Shown: positions 29,823 to 40,344 of the stretch, one piece after another
How the letters are laid out: each line of letters begins with the position of its first letter
Numbering within the stretch: position 1 is the first letter of the stretch
Origin: Myxococcota bacterium
Lineage (GTDB): Bacteria > Myxococcota_A > UBA796 > CAJQPC01
Reading direction: 5' to 3'
DNA: 64,000 nucleotides
NCBI GenBank assembly: GCA_036012755.1
Contig: DASCPX010000070.1
Span: 160,001 to 224,000, forward strand
Notes under the pieces: model-generated
Databases searched by the model: none
Told to the model about the DNA's origin: nothing
The model's input: the letters and a program-made list of their open reading frames with translations, nothing else
Made by a program: the position numbers and the translations under genes

Positions 29823-30255
29823 TCAGTCAGCGTTCTTGACCACCCGAAGGCCCGTGTCGTCGCGCGTGTCGCCCGCATTCAAGGAGTTCCGATCTGCGAC
29901 CCGGCATCTCGACGGTGGGTAGCTGACCGCACCGCCCCGGCGACTCCGGGCCGATCCAGACGTCGGCCCCTCCGGGTCCACTGTCGGCGACTCGTCGTAG
30001 TAGTCGCTCGCGTAGTAGTCCTGGGTCCACTCGAACGCGTTGCCCGTCATGTCGTACAGACCGCATGCGTTGGGGTCCAGCCCCCCGACCTCGTGGAGCT
30101 CTCCACCCGACGTCGTCGGGGCCGCTCGCGCAGTCGGGATCTTCGCAGTCGAAGAGTCCGTCCATGTCGTTGTCGCTGCGGTCGACGCACTCGCCCGGGT
30201 CATCTCCCTCCGACTCGGCGCACGCGAGGACCAGCAGCAGCAGCCCGACCTCTCC
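29823..30255 (-). pseudogene. Internally deleted SUMF1/FGE-sulfatase-domain lipoprotein
   Basis: N-terminal LLLLVLAC-AESEGDDPGECVDRSDNDMDGLFDCEDPDC is joined out of frame near 30105 to only the last third of an FGE domain (PNACGLYDMTGNAFEW...RRGG...GLRVVK). Confidence 0.75.
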
Positions 30256-30480
30256 CTGTTCAGATCCGGGTCGAGTGTGTCTTGCCGAGGCCATCGGCGC
30301 GAGTTCCCAGCGTGGCGTCCCTTGGATCATCGCGCCCCGACTCCGGTCTGGCTTGCGCCCAGGTGGGTACCTGCGATGACCTCGCCGCCTTCTTCGAGAC
30401 CCACTGAAGAACGGGCAGCCGCTACGTGCGCGCGGCGAACGTGATCTTCTGGACCCCGTACGAGGAATAGCTCGAGAGCG

Positions 30481-31443
30481 CTACTCGCCGGCCTCTTCGG
30501 CCGGGGCCGCAGGCGCCTCTTCAGCCGGAGCCTCCTCCGCAGGGGCATCTTCCCCTGCCTCTTCGGCCGGGGCCTCCTCGACGGGAACCTCTTCGGCCGG
30601 GGCCTCCTCGACGGGAACCTCTTCGGCCGGGGCCTCCTCGGTGGGCGCTGCCAGGGCCGCGAGGGCCGCCTGGGCGCTGTCCAGCTCGGCTGCGGCCGCG
30701 TCGGCGGCGGTCTTCGCGGCGGCGAGGGCCTCGTCTGCAGCGGTGACGGCAGCAGTGGCCTCGTCCAGGGCGGTCTGGGCGGCTGCCTTGTCCGACCTGC
30801 GGCGGGCCTTGCCCTGGGCCTCTTCGGCGGCCGTCTTGGCCTCTGCGGCGGCGGTCGCGGCGGCCTCGGCATCTGTCACGGCGGTGGTCGCGGCCTCGTG
30901 GGCTGCGGTGGTCTCCGCGACCAGCGCCTCTGCGGCGGCCAGCACGGCGGCGGTGGCGTCAGCGGCCGCCAGGTCGGCGAGGTTGGCCAGTCCGCCCTCG
31001 AAGTCGTCGCCGATCATCGAGACGATCTTCTTGCCGAAGAACGCGGCCCCGATGGGCCCCATCTCCAAGGTCCCTTCCCAGGTCACCGAGGTGACGCCGT
31101 CGGCTTCCGCCAGGATCAGACCGAACGTCTTGCCCGTGTCCTTGCCATCGAAGAAGAGGTCGTAGCTCACGGACTGGTTGGCCTCGATAGCGGTGACGAC
31201 CATCCGGCCCTCGCCGAGCTCCGGGCCGGTCCACTCGGTGGAGTGGCCGATGGCGCCGGCGTCTCCCCCGTAGGTCCAGGAGGCCTCCGGGTCCATCTCG
31301 GCGTTCCAGACCGTCCACTGGTTCCAGGTCTCGTAGTCCGAGACGTACTTCCAGACGATGTCGGCGGGGGCCTCGATCTGCTGGGTCGTGGAGACGGTGA
31401 GGGTCTTCGCTTCAGCTGTGAGGGTCGTGAGCAGTATCAGCAT
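30481..31443 (-). CDS. SRPBCC-family protein with Ala-rich coiled-coil and acidic EEAPA tail
   Basis: IEAPADIVWKYVSD..W..W, IGDDFEGGLANL; tail repeats EEAPAEEVPV. Confidence 0.85.
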   Translation of the reverse strand: MLILLTTLTAEAKTLTVSTTQQIEAPADIVWKYVSDYETWNQWTVWNAEMDPEASWTYGGDAGAIGHSTEWTGPELGEGRMVVTAIEANQSVSYDLFFDGKDTGKTFGLILAEADGVTSVTWEGTLEMGPIGAAFFGKKIVSMIGDDFEGGLANLADLAAADATAAVLAAAEALVAETTAAHEAATTAVTDAEAAATAAAEAKTAAEEAQGKARRRSDKAAAQTALDEATAAVTAADEALAAAKTAADAAAAELDSAQAALAALAAPTEEAPAEEVPVEEAPAEEVPVEEAPAEEAGEDAPAEEAPAEEAPAAPAEEAGE

Positions 31444-31646
31444 GGTCCTTCCTGGGTTGGCAGTCGCGATAACCCAGCAGCAACCGCTGGTCCCGCGTGG
31501 CGGTGGTGCTCTGGATCAGTCCGCGAGGGGGGAGCTGGCGACCAGGAGGCAGGAAACGATGAGGGCCCGCCTTGGCAGCGGTGCGACGTGATCGGGGCCG
31601 GTGTCCGGCCGCTGGTCCTCAGGACCCCCGTGAGGGACACTGGGGC

Positions 31647-32700
31647 GTGCTCCCCCTCCTCGCTGCTCTCCTGCACGCACCGCCGGCGGCCACCGACGTC
31701 GAGGTCCGGATCGATGCCTTGGGCCTCGACGAGGGCTTCGTGATGGCAGCGCCCGTCGATCCCGCGGGAATGAGCCTGGAGACGGAGCTCGCCACCATCC
31801 TGCTCCACTCTGGCGCCGTCGCGCCCCTGTCGTCCCCAGGCACTGGCGCGAGGGTCGGGCTCGTCTTCGAGGGCGAGGGCAGGCTGCTCCTCCACCCGCC
31901 GACGCCGGGCGAGGAGCTGGCGCTGCGGCAGGACCTGTTGCTCCAGGGTGCGACTCCGGAAGAGCTGCCCGAGGCGGGCGAGCCTGTCGAGTTCGTGCTG
32001 GAGCAGCTGCTGCTGTTCAGCGGCGACCCAGCCCTCGTCGAGTGGGCCGGCGGGGAGGACGCCGGAGGTCTGCTCGGGTCCGCCGGCGGTGCCTTGACCG
32101 CGGTGGTCCAGGAGCTGCCGCGGCGGCTTGTCGACGCGCACTCGGGCGAGCGGATCGGCTGGGGAGAGGTCCGCGCCACGCTCGAGGCAGCCTCCGGCCG
32201 CGACCTGGAGGGCTTCTTCAGCTTCTGGATCGAGGCTGGCCGGCTGCCCAGGGTGGAGGCCACCACCCTCGTCGAGTCCGACCGCGTGATCGTCGAGGTC
32301 GAGTCGGACCTGGCCGGCACCTTCCGCGTGCCCGTCACCGTGGGGAGCGGCGACGCGCACCTGGTCGAGATCGAGGACGGATGAGGCCACCTCGGGCTCG
32401 AGCGGAGCTCCATCGAGCTCCCGATCGTCGGGATCGATCCGGCTGGCCGGTACCCCCTGCGCGAGCACACCGGCTGGCCCCCCGACGACCTCCTGGTGCC
32501 GATCGCCGACTTCGAGGCCGGCGCCCCCTGGCGAGCCGGAAACGGGGCGGCGCTCCAGCGGGTCGAGGTCGACGGCGGGCACGCCCTGAAGGTCACCGCG
32601 CCAGCCGGCGGCGCGGTCCGGTCTCCTCGACTCGAGGCCAACAACTGGGAGCACGGACGCGCGCTCGTCTTCAGGGTGCAGAAGCTCCCCGACAGCGACC
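31647..32700 (+). pseudogene. Degraded secreted protein with M1 aminopeptidase-like C-terminal segment
   Basis: LEAASGRDLEGFFSFWIEAGRLP is M1-like but no HEXXH is present; in-frame TGA at 32382-84 after which the frame continues (GHLGLER...IADFEAG). Confidence 0.55.
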
Positions 32701-33040
32701 CGGTCACCGTGAGGATGTTGTCTCCCTCGGCCAGCGCGATGTCGGCTGCCGACCATGCCGAGACGCCCTCGGCTTCCCCCGAGTCCCCGCCCTGTATGGA
32801 TCAGCTCACCGACACCACGTCTTCCCGGGAGACACCCTCCAGCGTGACGGCGGCGCTGTCGGTGGCCAGGTCGTAGCCCCAGTTGGGGGCGGTGATGACC
32901 ACGAGCGGACTCTCTGAGCTCGCCAGTTCGGTCTCCGAGGGCCCCTCCGTGTCCGCAGACTCGCCAGGTGTGGGACCAGGCGTGTTCGGCCCAGAAGGGT
33001 CGTTGCACGCGAACAACGCGAGAAGTGACACGGGCAGCAT
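32700..33040 (-). pseudogene. Truncated lipoprotein with Ig-like domain
   Basis: MLPVSLLALFAC lipobox; in-frame TGA at 32801-03 followed by SIQGGDSGEAEGVSAWSAADIALAEGDNILTVTG. Confidence 0.6.
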
Positions 33041-33129
33041 GGCCGAGAACGTACCATCGTGCCGGGCAGCGCGGGCCGGTGTCTGGCCTGGGCGTTTGCC
33101 GTCACGGTTCGCGGGGACTACACGGCGCC

Positions 33130-33759
33130 GTGAGCCCCCGCCTGCTGACGCGTTTCGACGACCACTTCTACGCCTTCGACAAGCCGGCGGGCATGGCGGT
33201 CCACGCCAACGCAGAGGGCATCGGAGACCTGGTGTCCTGGCTGCGCACCCAGCGCTCGCTGCCGAGGGGGCTGGCCCCAGCGCACCGCCTCGATCGGGGC
33301 ACCTCCGGCGTCGTGCTCTGTGGCTCGAACCGCAAGGCACGGGCGACGATCTGCGACTGGCTCACGAGTGGCCGCAAGACCTACCTGGCCCTCGTCGCCG
33401 GCACGCCAGAGGCCGACGAGGGCTGCCTCGATGCTCCGCTGTTCGACGCGCGGCGGAAGAGGAAGCTGGAAGCGCGGACGCAGTTCCGGGTCTCCCGCCG
33501 CCTCGGGGGATTCAGCTTGCTCGAGGTGGACCTGCTCACCGGTCGAAAGCACCAGCTGCGCCGCCACCTCGCCGACGCCGGGCTCCCCGTGGTCGGTGAC
33601 CAGCGCCACGGTCCGAAGCGCCCGCGCCGCGTGCCGGGCTTCCCCGGTCGTCTGTGGCTTCACTCCTGGCGGATCGAGCTGGGGGCCCGCACGATCACGG
33701 CGCCGCTGCCGGCAGAGCTCCGGGAGCACCTCGACTCGATGGGCCAGGTCCGTCGGTGA
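33130..33759 (+). CDS. RluA-family RNA pseudouridine synthase
   Basis: DKPAGMAVH, HRLDRGTSG, KTYLALV, TGRKHQLRRHL, LWLHS. Confidence 0.92.
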   Translation: MSPRLLTRFDDHFYAFDKPAGMAVHANAEGIGDLVSWLRTQRSLPRGLAPAHRLDRGTSGVVLCGSNRKARATICDWLTSGRKTYLALVAGTPEADEGCLDAPLFDARRKRKLEARTQFRVSRRLGGFSLLEVDLLTGRKHQLRRHLADAGLPVVGDQRHGPKRPRRVPGFPGRLWLHSWRIELGARTITAPLPAELREHLDSMGQVRR

Positions 33760-33775
33760 CGGGCTACGTGCCCCC

Positions 33776-35026
33776 ATGTTCCTGCTGTGGCTGGCCTGCG
33801 AGGAGGCTCCCCCCGAGACCTCGATCCCCACCTGGCTCGCCCCAGAGGTCGTAGACGCCGTCTCGATGGAGCGGGTCAAGGCACACGTCGACGTGCTCGC
33901 GGACGACAGCCTCGGGGGTCGCATCCCCGGCTCATACGGACACTCACTGGCGCAGGACTACCTGCTCGGGGAGCTCCAGGAGATCGGCCTCGAACCCCTG
34001 GGCTCGGACGGCTATCGACAGGACTACGTCAGCGAGCCCGTCGACGGCCGCTTCCAGCTCCTCGAGGACGGCACGGTCGCGGACGCCGAAGACGACCACG
34101 GGACCAACCTCGTCGCCCTGCTGCCCGGCAGCGACCCCGAGCTGGCCGACCAGCACATCGTCGTCATGGCCCACTACGACCACCTGGGCGTGAACAGGGA
34201 CGGCGAGGTCTACAACGGCGCCTTCGACGACGCCACCTCGGTCGCGGTCCTGCTCGAGCTGGCCCGGGTGCTGGTGGAGGAGGAGGTCGAGCTCGGCCGC
34301 TCGATCGTCTTCTTGCTCACTGACGACGAGGAGAGCGGGCTGGAGGGCGCCGAGTGGTTCCTCGCCGACGAGCTCGTCCCACACAGTGAGATCAGCTTCG
34401 CGATCGCCTTGGATCCCATCGGCCGCGGGGTGCTTCCCGACTACTGGCCGCTGGCCCTGATGGGGCTCGAGCGCAGCCCGGACCTGCTGGCCAGCTGGAA
34501 GGAGGTCTGCAGGTACGCGGAGACGACCGTCTCGTTCGTGCACCGGGACACGATCCCCTTGTTCGCCTCTGATCAGGACGAGTTCTACCGGCTCGACGAC
34601 CCCATCCCCGCGGTCTGGTTCACCAGCCCGGGCATGGCCTTCTATCACACGGTCGATGACACCCCGGAGACCATCGACTACCGCTCGGTCCGCCCCCAGG
34701 CCCGCTTCCTGCTTCAGGCCCTCGCCTGGTTCGCTCAGAAGGGCGACGACTACGCCTACGAGGGTCCACCGGAGCTTGCTCCAGAGCACGCGGCGGACGC
34801 TCGAGCGCTCGTGGCCGGCTACCTGGGCTCGGAGCACCTGAGCGACAGCGAGCGCGCCGAGGTCGAGAGCATCCTGCACGATCTCGACGCCATCATCGAG
34901 GCCGACAACCTAGACGTCGTAGACAACCCGGAGGGGCTCTTCGTCTACGCGATGTACTACTTGGTCTTCGAGCTGCCAGGGGAGCACATCGGCGAGATCC
35001 CGCCGCCCTTTCCAGAGGATGGATAG
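33776..35026 (+). CDS. M28-family peptidase (lipoprotein)
   Basis: AHYDHLG, NGAFDDATS, DEESGLEGA, SDQ..F, YHTVDDT. Confidence 0.9.
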   Translation: MFLLWLACEEAPPETSIPTWLAPEVVDAVSMERVKAHVDVLADDSLGGRIPGSYGHSLAQDYLLGELQEIGLEPLGSDGYRQDYVSEPVDGRFQLLEDGTVADAEDDHGTNLVALLPGSDPELADQHIVVMAHYDHLGVNRDGEVYNGAFDDATSVAVLLELARVLVEEEVELGRSIVFLLTDDEESGLEGAEWFLADELVPHSEISFAIALDPIGRGVLPDYWPLALMGLERSPDLLASWKEVCRYAETTVSFVHRDTIPLFASDQDEFYRLDDPIPAVWFTSPGMAFYHTVDDTPETIDYRSVRPQARFLLQALAWFAQKGDDYAYEGPPELAPEHAADARALVAGYLGSEHLSDSERAEVESILHDLDAIIEADNLDVVDNPEGLFVYAMYYLVFELPGEHIGEIPPPFPEDG

Positions 35027-35048
35027 CGAGCCTGGTGTCTCGGGAGGG

Positions 35049-35125
35049 ATGAGCTCGTCGGATCCACACGCGCCCCTTCGAGACGACGTGCGCGTGCTCG
35101 GCATGATGCTCGGCGCGATCGGAGC
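35049..35125 (+). pseudogene. N-terminal fragment resembling phosphoenolpyruvate carboxylase
   Basis: MSSSDPHAPLRDDVRVLGMMLG matches the LRxDVRxLGxxLG first helix of Ppc; similarity stops after ~25 codons. Confidence 0.5.
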
Positions 35126-35187
35126 ACGAATCGGGGACGGGCGTGCCGCTGCCTCCTTGGGCGAACCCCAGCCCCAACGGAGCTACC

Positions 35188-35499
35188 ATGACCATCCGCA
35201 CCGCCATCGTTGCCCTCGCCTACTTCCTTCCCTCCGCCGCCTTCGCAGCCGACCTCGTCGTGCCCGTCGAGTCCCTCTCCGAGATGGAGATGGAGGTCCT
35301 CGGGTGGGAGAGTGAAGACAGCATCGCGGTCAACATCGACAACTCTCACCGCACGCTCGAGCTCGTGTGGGACGAGGACGGAAGGCCCTTCGCCGTCATC
35401 GGCAGCGTCGACGACGAGATCGCGGTCACGATCACCAACGACCACCGGGTGGCGGGCGAGGACGGGACGATCAGCGTGAGCATCGACAACTCGCACTGA
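35188..35499 (+). CDS. Small secreted acidic protein with three IxVxIxNxH repeats
   Basis: GGAG ribosome-binding site, signal peptide ending AFA, motifs IAVNIDNSH, IAVTITNDH, ISVSIDNSH. Confidence 0.7.
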   Translation: MTIRTAIVALAYFLPSAAFAADLVVPVESLSEMEMEVLGWESEDSIAVNIDNSHRTLELVWDEDGRPFAVIGSVDDEIAVTITNDHRVAGEDGTISVSIDNSH

Positions 35500-35552
35500 G
35501 AGCCTGCGGTCCGGGTAGGCGAGGGTCTCCCTCGTCGCCCGGACCTTGCACG

Positions 35553-37223
35553 TCACCCCCGGCGCTTCGCCTGCCGCTTCTTCTTCTCCCGACGCTTGCG
35601 GTCCTTCTCCTTTCGCACCACCGCGTCGTGGCTCAGGTGGTCGTCAGCGTGGCGCCGCACGAACGCGCGGTATCCCCCCGGATGGTCCACGATGCCATCG
35701 TGTCTGATCTCGATGACGCGAGTGGCGAGGCGGTCGACCAACCAGCGGTCATGGCTCACGAACAAGAGCGTGCCCTCGTACTTTCGCAGGGCCCTGGCCA
35801 GGGCGCGGATGCTCTCGATGTCCAGGTGGTTCGTGGGCTCATCCAGGACCAGCACGGTGGGCTCGACGACCCCGAGCCGTGAGAACAACAGGCGCGCGGC
35901 CTCGCCTCCCGAGAGGCTCTTCACCCTCTTGTCGCCGTCGTCTCGATCGAAGAGCACCTGGGCGAGTCGACCCACGATGGAGCCGAGGGGCTCCAGGGGA
36001 CATGACTCCCAGAGCGCGGACAGCAGCGTCTGGTCCGGGTCGCCGAGGGCTTCGTGGTGGTCCTGGGGGAAGTACCCGAAGTCGGCCTCGTAGCCCCACT
36101 CGAAGCTGCCGGAGTCCGCCTCGAGGGCCCCGACGAGGATCTTCAGGAGCGTGCTCTTGCCGATCCCGTTCGGGCCGACGATTGCGACCCGCTCGCCGCG
36201 GAGCACGTCGAAGCTGACGTCTTCGAGCACCGGGTGGTCCCAGGCCTTGCTGATCTTCCGAACCGCCAGCACGTGGCGTCCGCTCTTGCGTCTCTGCTCG
36301 AAGCGGAAGTTGGGGCTGCGGCGACTGCTGCGAGGCAGCTTCTCGATGACCATCTTCTCTACGCGCTTCTGGCGGCTGTTCGCCTGGCGGGCTTTGGTGG
36401 CCTTTGCCTTGAAGCGCTTGATGAAGGCCTTCTGCGCGGCGATCTCCTTTTCGCGCTTGCTGATCTCTTTTTCCTGCCGCTGCCGCTCCTCCTTCTTCTG
36501 TTTCGTGAACGCCGTGAAGTCCCCCCGATAGACCATGACGCGTTCGTAGTCGACGTCCAGGATGTGCGTGCAGACCCTGTCCAGGAACCGGAGGTCGTGG
36601 CTCACGACGACCGCGCAGCCCTTGAACTTGGCCAGGAAGGTCTCGAGCCAGACGATCGCGAGGATGTCCAGGTGGTTCGTGGGCTCGTCGAGGAGCAGGA
36701 TGTCCGGCTCGGCGACCAGGGTCTGGGCGAGCAGGGCTCGCAGCTTGTAGCCGCCGGACAGTGCGCTCATGGGCAGCTCGTGCTGGGCGACGGGGATGCC
36801 GAGCCCCCCGAGCACCTCTGCCGCTCGGCTCTCCAGCGAGTAGCCGTCGAACTGCATCACGATGTCCTCGAGCTCCGCGTAGCGGTCGTCGTCGAAGTGC
36901 TCGTGTGCCTTCGCCAGCAGCGCTTCCTTTTCCTCCATGGCCTCCCAGAGCACGGCGTTGCCCATCATCACCACGTCGAGGATGCGGGTCTGCTCGTAGC
37001 GGAAGTGGTCCTGCTCCAGCACTCCCATGCGGCAGTTGCGGGGCAGGGCGACCTTGCCCTCGCTGGCCTCTTCCTGGCCCGCGAGGATGCGCAGCAGGGT
37101 GGACTTGCCGCTGCCGTTGGCGCCGACGATGCCGTAGCGCTGGCCTCGGTCGAGCTGCAGGCTGCAGCCGGTGAACAGCGTCTGTGCCCCATAGGACATG
37201 GCGAGGTCGGTTGCGGTGAGCAC
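35553..37223 (-). CDS. ABC-F family ATP-binding protein
   Basis: Two ABC domains: GANGSGKST/LSGG/LLLDEPTNHLD and GPNGIGKST/LSGGE/VLDEPTNHLD; no TM segments. Confidence 0.93.
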   Translation of the reverse strand: MLTATDLAMSYGAQTLFTGCSLQLDRGQRYGIVGANGSGKSTLLRILAGQEEASEGKVALPRNCRMGVLEQDHFRYEQTRILDVVMMGNAVLWEAMEEKEALLAKAHEHFDDDRYAELEDIVMQFDGYSLESRAAEVLGGLGIPVAQHELPMSALSGGYKLRALLAQTLVAEPDILLLDEPTNHLDILAIVWLETFLAKFKGCAVVVSHDLRFLDRVCTHILDVDYERVMVYRGDFTAFTKQKKEERQRQEKEISKREKEIAAQKAFIKRFKAKATKARQANSRQKRVEKMVIEKLPRSSRRSPNFRFEQRRKSGRHVLAVRKISKAWDHPVLEDVSFDVLRGERVAIVGPNGIGKSTLLKILVGALEADSGSFEWGYEADFGYFPQDHHEALGDPDQTLLSALWESCPLEPLGSIVGRLAQVLFDRDDGDKRVKSLSGGEAARLLFSRLGVVEPTVLVLDEPTNHLDIESIRALARALRKYEGTLLFVSHDRWLVDRLATRVIEIRHDGIVDHPGGYRAFVRRHADDHLSHDAVVRKEKDRKRREKKKRQAKRRG

Positions 37224-37330
37224 CCGCCGACATATCCCGCCGCGGGCCCTCGCGGTCTGCGAGGCCACGACCTCTGAAACCCTCCTGCAACGAAGTGGAG
37301 GGTGCACCTCGGCTACCGTGAACGCGGAAG

Positions 37331-38315
37331 GTGCCCTTGCTGCTGAGCTGTGTCTCCCTCGTCCTCGCCCGGGATCTGGAGGTCCAGGTGGACACGAAGC
37401 AGGCGGAGCGTGCGGGGATCGACGTCCCCTCTTTCGAGGCCGAGTTCTCCGAGGCGGTGGAGGACAAGCTCCACCTGCTCGATCAATGAGGACTACCTCC
37501 GCCAGATGGCAGAGGCGGCGGCGCTCTCGACCAAGGGCATGGGGGTCGACTACGCCAGCAACGCCGAGCGCTTCGTGCTCGGAGCGAGCGTCGGCTCGGC
37601 GGCCAGTTCCGGGCTGCGGATCGGAGAGGGACAGTCCCAGCTCCCCCAGGGGGGCTTCGCTTTCCAGGTCTCGGCGATGGCGGGCATGAACCTGGGGGCG
37701 TTCGCAGACGAGGACAGCCCCGCGAGGCGGTTTCTGATCTACGCCAACGGCATGCAGATGGAGCGACATGAGACACAGTTCGACAGCGAGCTGATGAACG
37801 CCGGGGCTCACCTGCAGGTGAAGCTCCTGAGGCCGCGGATCGAGGACAACAAGGGCTGGGGAGGGCTGGACCTCACGACGGGATACGAGTTCAGCCAGTA
37901 CTCCCGGCGGCTCACCCAGGGTGTCTCCATCGAGCGTGGCAAGAACGGGTGGGACGCGACTGGGGACTACGCCATCGACTCGACCACCTAGGCCCTGCCC
38001 CTGGAGCTGTCGACCAACGTCCGGATGGGAGCGCTGAGTCTGTACGCCGGCGGTGGATACGATCTCTGGCGGCGTGGACACTCGGCGAGTGACATCGCGC
38101 TGGACGGCACGCTGACCACCAAGGTCGAGGGAGAGGAGGCGATGTTGGGTTCGGCGAGCCTCTTGCACGCCCAGCAGGTGAGCCTCGGGGACGCTGTCCC
38201 CCGCGGCTTCTTCGGTCTGCAGATGAACGTCTTCGTCGTGGGGGCATACGCCCAGGTCAACCTGCAGCCAGGCACGGCCTTCGGCGGCCACGCGGGGATG
38301 CGAGTCGCGCTCTGA
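37331..38315 (+). pseudogene. Secreted beta-barrel/Lsa36-like protein, frameshifted and nonsense-interrupted
   Basis: MPLLLSCVSLVLA...KLHLLDQ, extra base near 37487, continuing EDYLRQMAEAAALSTKGMGVDYAS; in-frame TAG at 37989-91 followed by ALPLELSTNVRMG...GMRVAL. Confidence 0.7.
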
Positions 38316-38340
38316 GTAGTGGGCTCCGCGCGGCTGGCCG

Positions 38341-40263
38341 TCAGCGGACGTAGACCTCCAGCTCCGCGACCCCCACGTCCTCGTTGCTCGACTCCTGGTT
38401 GCTCATCAACCGGGCCTCCAGGTCCTCGCTGGTCGTCGCCGACAGGGACACCTGGGCCCAGGTCGTGGAGAACAGCGCCGTCGAGTACCAGGTGGAGGTC
38501 CACGTGCTCGCCGTGTTGCCGGTCTCGCAGGAGTAGTCGGTGCCCACGAAGGCCGCGGGGGCCTCGCCGCCGTCGGCGGGGCAGTCGTAGGTGCTGTAGT
38601 AGCCAGGGGTCAGGCCGATGGCCCAGGTGTAGACGTGGCTGCGGCTGCCCGTGCCGTCGTCCACCGTCAGCGACACGCCGTCGACGTAGTCGTCGTCGAT
38701 GCCGTAGCTGCTCCGAGACTGCCCGAAGGCGTCCATGGAGTGGTACTGGTAGGCCTCGACCCGGGCGAGGACCTCGCCGTAGTCCACCTCGAGGCTGTCG
38801 ATCGTGGCGCTCACGGCTCCCTCCGCCGAGACGTCCCGGTAGCAGTAGCTGCCGGTCTGTACCCAGTCGTCAGGGCAGCCGTCCACGCTGAAGTCGTAGT
38901 CTGCGAGCTGGGTCCAGCCGCCGCCGTCGGTGCTCATGTCGCACTCGACCTCGACGGTGGTTCCGTCACCGTCCGGGTCGATGTCGTAGCTCCCGTCGGT
39001 CGCCGAGGAGTTGGCGCTCAGGATCTCGAGGCAGCTGCCGCAGGGCCCGACGCTCTTGTCCCCGTCGTCGCAGTCGTCCCCGCCGCAGCTGGCGTCGGCG
39101 TAGCCGTCCCCGTCACCGTCGTTGTCGATTGATCCGTCACAGTCGTAGTCCTCTCCGTCGCAGCCCGCGGCCGCGCCCGGACTGTATGCCGTGTCCCCGT
39201 CATCACAGTCGTCGCCGCTCGCCACATAGGCGCTCGTCGGCGCCGAGCAGGCCTCGACTGCGGTGCCGGCGCCGTAGCCGTCCCCGTCCATGTCCAGGTA
39301 CCAGTCGGACAAGACGCCGTCGTCGATGTCGCCGTCGCAGTCGTCGTCCTCTCCGTCGCAGACCTCTGTGGCGCCGGGCCAGGTGTCCGCGTCGCTGTCG
39401 TCGCAGTCCGTGTCGTCCTCGACGTAGCCACTGGGAGCATCACAGGCCTCCAGGGCGTAGTCCGCGGCCCCGAAGCCGTCTCCGTCGGCGTCGGCGTACC
39501 AGGTGCTGCGGTCCGTCGCCGAGTCGTCGTCGGTCTGACCATCACAGTCGTCGTCGACGCCGTTGCAGACCTCGTCAGCGTCCGGGTTCACCGCTGAGTC
39601 CGTGTCGTCACAGTCCCCGGTGACGACCGCCCACCCTTCCGGCTGGTCACAAGCCCGGCTGCTCGTGTCGCTCCCGTAGCTGTCGGCGTCGCCGTCTTCG
39701 TACCAGGTCGCGGCGTCGATCGCCGAGTCCTCGTCGGTCTCTCCGTCGCAGTCGTCGTCGATCTCGTTGCAGAGCTCCTCCGCGGCGATGTTGACGGCGG
39801 CGTCGTCGTCGTCGCAGTCGGTGGCGTCAGCGACCGTGCCGTCTCCAGCCTCGCAGGTCTGGCTCGACGAGTCGGGATCCCCGAAGCCGTCGCCGTCGCC
39901 GTCGTCGTACCATGTGCCACCGGCGCTGTCGTCGATCTCTCCGTCGCAGTCGTCGTCTTCGCCGTTGCAGACCTCGACCGCGTCGGGGTTGACGTCCTCG
40001 TCCGTGTCGTCGCAGTCGTCTTCGGCGGGGAAGCCGTCCTCGTCGAGGTCGTCGTCCAGCGTGGCCTCGTCGCAGTCGTCGTCGACGCCGTTGTAGGGCT
40101 CCTCCACGTGCTCTGGGGAGCGCGCCGGGTCCCCGTCGTCGCAGTCTTCTTCCTCGGGGGAGCCGTCACCGTCCGCGTCGACGATGGGCACCTCGCTGTC
40201 CTCGACGAAGCCGGAGTCGTGTGTGTCTTTGTTGCGGCAGGCCAGCAGGATCAGGAAGGTCAT
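38341..40263 (-). CDS. Lipoprotein with Asp/Cys putative metal-binding (MopE-related) repeats and fibrinogen-like C-terminal domain
   Basis: MTFLILLAC; repeated DCDDxDxxVNPxAxEVCNGxDDDCDG and WYxDx[17 protein letters not shown]. Confidence 0.88.
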   Translation of the reverse strand: MTFLILLACRNKDTHDSGFVEDSEVPIVDADGDGSPEEEDCDDGDPARSPEHVEEPYNGVDDDCDEATLDDDLDEDGFPAEDDCDDTDEDVNPDAVEVCNGEDDDCDGEIDDSAGGTWYDDGDGDGFGDPDSSSQTCEAGDGTVADATDCDDDDAAVNIAAEELCNEIDDDCDGETDEDSAIDAATWYEDGDADSYGSDTSSRACDQPEGWAVVTGDCDDTDSAVNPDADEVCNGVDDDCDGQTDDDSATDRSTWYADADGDGFGAADYALEACDAPSGYVEDDTDCDDSDADTWPGATEVCDGEDDDCDGDIDDGVLSDWYLDMDGDGYGAGTAVEACSAPTSAYVASGDDCDDGDTAYSPGAAAGCDGEDYDCDGSIDNDGDGDGYADASCGGDDCDDGDKSVGPCGSCLEILSANSSATDGSYDIDPDGDGTTVEVECDMSTDGGGWTQLADYDFSVDGCPDDWVQTGSYCYRDVSAEGAVSATIDSLEVDYGEVLARVEAYQYHSMDAFGQSRSSYGIDDDYVDGVSLTVDDGTGSRSHVYTWAIGLTPGYYSTYDCPADGGEAPAAFVGTDYSCETGNTASTWTSTWYSTALFSTTWAQVSLSATTSEDLEARLMSNQESSNEDVGVAELEVYVR

Positions 40264-40344
40264 GCCCGAGTCTACAGCGCTGCTGTCCGGAAGGCGGGGG
40301 TCGGGGTTCTGGCTCCGTATCGGGGGTACACCCGCGAGGAGATC

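Noticed and set aside
29823..30110. FGE/C-type lectin fold C-terminus as a diversity-generating retroelement target
   Set aside because: No reverse transcriptase and no adenine-variant template repeat seen in the window.
32382..32384. In-frame TGA as Sec or recoding
   Set aside because: No redox motif context or evident SECIS; a CGA>TGA change in an already degraded gene is simpler.
37989..37991. In-frame TAG as pyrrolysine or amber read-through
   Set aside because: The same gene also has a frameshift, and TAG is used as a normal stop elsewhere in the window.
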